This document shows positions 60,507-64,000 of a stretch of DNA of 64,000 bases, one piece after another. The translations under genes were made by a program, and so were the position numbers. Source of the DNA: Macrostomum hystrix. Taxonomy: Eukaryota; Animalia; Platyhelminthes. Positions within the stretch are counted from its first letter, which is position 1. Each line of letters starts with the position of its first letter. A model generated the notes under the pieces. The model made no database searches. It was not told the origin of the DNA and worked only from the letters and a program-made list of their open reading frames with translations. The stretch is from positions 6,200,001 through 6,264,000 of the forward strand of contig CATNEN010000011.1 of the NCBI GenBank assembly GCA_950097015.1, written 5' to 3'.

Positions 60507-63500
60507 CTATTTCTTGTGAGGACTGTCGGGAGTCTGAGGACGCATGGACTCCAGCTTGGCGGACACCTCGCTGACGTGGCTGATGTTGGACGCGTTCCTT
60601 GACGCCTCGATCTCACTCCAGCCGTGCGCGTTGGCTGAGGAGCTGACGTTGCCGGCGAGTTTCTGGCGCTCCCTGTCCAGAGCCGAGAGCAGCTTGGAAA
60701 CGCCGGTGTCAGTGTTGCCCGATGGCCGGCCTTCCAGCCAGTAGGTGGTCATCTTGCCCTTTCCCTGGTTTTCGGGTTTCGACATTTTATAATACTGACT
60801 TACATACACTCGAACACTGACTTAAAGACCATAGGGGCCAACCTCCAAGGCACAGTGAGAGTGTACACTGTACACTGTACACTGTACACTGACGATGAGA
60901 AAGTCAGGGCAGATGTACACACCTGTGTGAGCGTATGCCTGCGTACAGTATATGTGTGCATGTGTGCTCAGGAGTCAGCGAGTAGGGCAGAATTGCTTTC
61001 TCGCTGGCTGCGGGTCTAGTGTCAGTAAAAGATGTGCCATTGCCCGCAGCCCTCCTGCAATTATTATTATTATTATAACCATGTTGGCTATTATTGTTTA
61101 TTACACTGTTAATTCTTTTTAATCTATCTACTGTTAATTACTGTTAATTACTATCTACTGGTCTATCTACTGTTAATTACACAAGCTCATGTTGGTACAC
61201 ATTTAACGGCTTGGCGACCGGAAGCCATGCAGTGTTAGGAGTAGGCCTCATTGCTAAAGGACACAAATTTTTCCAGTGGAGTATAGGGAATCGAAACCCC
61301 GATAATAATGGTGACATTATCTACACAGGTAGATAAACGTGCTAAACAAGTAGAACGCATTTCTTCCGCCAACCTTGATATCGACTTCGCCGCGGGGAGC
61401 AGTCTGGTAGACTTTGTACTGGTCCAAGCGAGTTTTCGTAGCTTCACTGATGTGTATCTTCTGGCTAGCGCTGTTCGACTCCATCCGGGATGCCGTGTTC
61501 ACGACGTCGCCGAACAGGCAGTAGCGCGGCAGCTTCAGGCCAACAACCCCAGCTATGACAGTACCGCTATGCATGCCTGGGGTTTGTGCGATGGTTGGTG
61601 TTAAGAAAGCGTCAATCAATCAATCGATCAATCAATCAATCAATCAATCGAAAACCATAACAAGCAGAACTGTTCAAACCCACTGACCAACTCGAATCTT
61701 GATGTGGTTCTTGTTGTCCGACGGGTCGATGATTGAAGTCACAGCCGAGATCATCTCCAGGGCCATCTCGGCCATGATGGCAGCGTGGTACTTGGTCACA
61801 GTCGGGATCCCGGAAGCCACCATGTAGACGTCGTTGACCGTCTCGACTTTGTAGACCCGGTGCTTCTCCGTGAGCTCATCGAAGCAGGCGTAGATTGTGT
61901 TGAGCAGGGAGACAACCTGAGTCGGCGTGATCAGATTGGCAATGTCCTTGAAGCCAGAGACGTCACTAAACTGTATGGTGGCATCCTCGAATGTTGAGCA
62001 AGTGTTGGCGGACGAGCCTTCCGTGCGAATCTTGTCAGCAACCTGGATATATCATTATTTGGCAATTGCTTAAATCTCTTCTAGCAGTTTTTAATGATGA
62101 AAAGCATTTAACACTCAACCGCTGTGACTCGCCTGTTTCGGTATCATCTGGTAGAGCAGCTCGTCCGATCGCTGCCTCTCCTGGTCGAGCTTCTTGAGCG
62201 CCTCCTGGAACCGTTTGCTCTTCTCCTCCTGCTGCTGGAGGGCCAGTTTGAGTTCGGCCTGCTGCTGCTCACCAGCCAGGACCATGTCGCGAGAGGAGTC
62301 ATGCATGCTCAAATCGTTGACAAACAGGCCAGCCTTCTGCATCGTGTCGACGTCCTGCAACTGCGGCGTGCCAAGGAACACGATGGCGTCCCAACCCTCC
62401 ATGTACTTCATCTGGCCACGAAGGCGCAGAGCGCCAGAGATGGAACTCAAACTTTTCTTGTAGCTGTCCTGGTTTGTTGCTCCTGTAAAAAGACATGATG
62501 AACGAATGTTAGGAGTAGTAATGTTTACCGATTAAAGCGCTGATTTCGGTCATAGTGACCACCTCCAGGCGTAGTCTTCAAATGGGCAAAGGCGATATAG
62601 TAGGATGGTAGAAGTGGTGCGAATTTGAGTACCCATTTTTAGAGCTAACAAAGGTCCGTACTTTAAAATTGAGCTCACATTACGCATCAACGATTAGCTG
62701 CTTGTCTGTAAATAAGCTACTCATTTAATCAGTAACTCATTCGAGAGAAACTCACCACTGCCCTTTCGCTTTTTCTCCTCCATTATAAGGCGAAGGGCTT
62801 CGAGATCTTTTTCGTCCAGCTTCTGAATGGCCATGATCTCGAAGACATTGTTAGTGTGCAGCATCACCTTTGACGCAAGTTTTTACAGGACGAATATAAA
62901 TTTATATTTTATTAAATAATCACGGATTACACCCAATTACGCCAGATGTGCTGCCGACAGCCGCAGCTATTGCGCGGCCAATCTGAAGACTGTGTACAGC
63001 TGTTCAGTCCATGGACTGTGGAGACGCCACACCCACCCACAAATTGTTTCAGTGGAGTCGGGAGTCGAACCCCCGACCATTAAGTCGTGAGTCCGACACT
63101 CTAACCACAAGGCTACAACCTCTCCAGCAAGCTACAACATTTAACAAAGTTTTATACTCAGAAACTTTTATCGGAATATTTACAGCGTCCCAGGTGAAGG
63201 GTATCATCGGACGGTTCAGCAGGAAGGCCTCGTTCACCATCTTTCCGACGATGTCTGGCAAAGCGTTCAGCATACCATCGCCAACGTCCACAATAATGAG
63301 GCCGCGGTTGAAGACGATGTTGAATGGGAAAACCTCGAAGAATACTTCGGAACGAACTGGAAATTCGTCTTGCAGTTTCTGAAATGCGACATTCAATTTA
63401 TTATCTGACGTTTATAAGAAGGTTTGAGGGACAAATTCGCGCATTTATTGTAGTCAACACTCCAAGATTCTAGCCTTAAATCCAAGATTGTTGAAGTGCA

Positions 63501-64000
63501 GTCGCATGATGCAGTTGGTCATCTCGGATGACTCCTCCAGGCTGATGATGGTGATGTTAATCTTTGTCTGGTAGAAGGTCTTGCCTATTTCAGTGATCAT
63601 GCCCTGAACGTATGGAGTGTAGCCCTGTCTGCGGGTTCGGTACTGCAGCGTTATGCCCGTGGAGCTCTCGTTCATGCAGAAGAACGACGGCGGTTTGAGC
63701 TTCTTGTAGCTCATGCGCAGGTACTCGTGAAGATTATCCAGCCCGTTGAGAAAGTCGCGAAGGTTGCGACCCAGAACACGAAGGATGCCGTCATAGCCAA
63801 ACTGCGATAGATAATTTACGAAGTACACTCCGTTGGCGTACGTCAGCGTGGTGGCATCGATGTTTAGATTCTTGGAGGCTGTTTCAACGATTCGCGGAAT
63901 AATCGTCTCACTGTAGACTTCATGCGTAGAGAAGCTCTTGACTTCCAAGTTGGCTTTGCGCACCAGAAAGTACCACATGTCCTCGCCATAGTTTTCCTTG
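60507..64000 (-). CDS. Atypical soluble guanylate cyclase (Gyc88E/GCY-35-like), 5'-partial; exons >64000-~63460, ~63378-63184, 62867-62756, 62482-62133, 62042-61688, 61576-61374, 60764-60507
   Basis: H-NOX ([24 protein letters not shown]), PAS/H-NOBA ([18 protein letters not shown]), coiled coil ([21 protein letters not shown]|VAD) and cyclase ([30 protein letters not shown]). Phases are consistent except for the first intron, whose boundaries are ambiguous. Confidence 0.95.
60832..61080 (+). mobile_element. SINE family 1 copy, 5'-truncated, last intron of the sGC gene
   Basis: GGGCCAACCTCCAAGGCACAG, an internal (CTGTACA)n expansion and a CCTGCAATTATTATT tail. Confidence 0.88.
62915..63122 (-). 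mobile_element. SINE family 2 copy, near full-length, in an sGC intron
   Basis: Minus-strand head GTAGCCTTGTGGTTAGAG..GGTTCGACTCCC followed by the CAGTCCATGGACTGAACAG body. Confidence 0.8.

Noticed and set aside
62510-62600. Possible alternative sGC exon in the intron
   Set aside because: The phase required by its neighbours (1 to 1) gives an in-frame stop.
63050-63122. tRNA gene (Val-CAC-like); also 14905-14975 and 54575-54640
   Set aside because: A and B boxes are present but the acceptor and anticodon stems do not pair, and two of the three copies run into the same SINE body, so these are SINE heads.
1-64000. Functional gene cluster (Grl + O2-sensing sGC + cytoskeletal genes)
   Set aside because: The genes belong to unrelated pathways, are tens of kb apart and share no evident regulatory feature, so this is ordinary synteny.

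Overview
Metazoan genomic DNA with spliced genes. The compact GC-rich exons and introns filled with minisatellites suggest a free-living flatworm such as Macrostomum, but this species guess is unverified. I assembled spliced models by hand, checking GT/GC-AG sites and codon phase. The genes are an ankyrin-repeat protein (partial), CLIC, a gustatory-receptor-like 7TM protein, TPPP/p25, a clan-2 cytochrome P450, a RING-HC E3 ligase whose RING exon is missing from the ORF track, a single-pass PPxY protein, myosin regulatory light chain, a possible SAM mini-protein, an Arf-like GTPase and an atypical Gyc88E-type soluble guanylate cyclase (partial). Roughly a third of the window is about 25 mostly unrelated tandem arrays. 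There are also three tRNA-derived SINE families, three small non-autonomous DNA transposons and one LINE fragment. The strongest novel-looking signal is the LINE fragment at 45.25-45.93 kb. It has the geometry of a twin-primed inversion, and its 3' UTR matches the 3' end of the commonest SINE here, which points to a SINE/LINE partner pair. Second is a 71-bp array inside the RING gene that could have created a new intron. No prokaryotic systems (CRISPR, operons, rRNA) are present.
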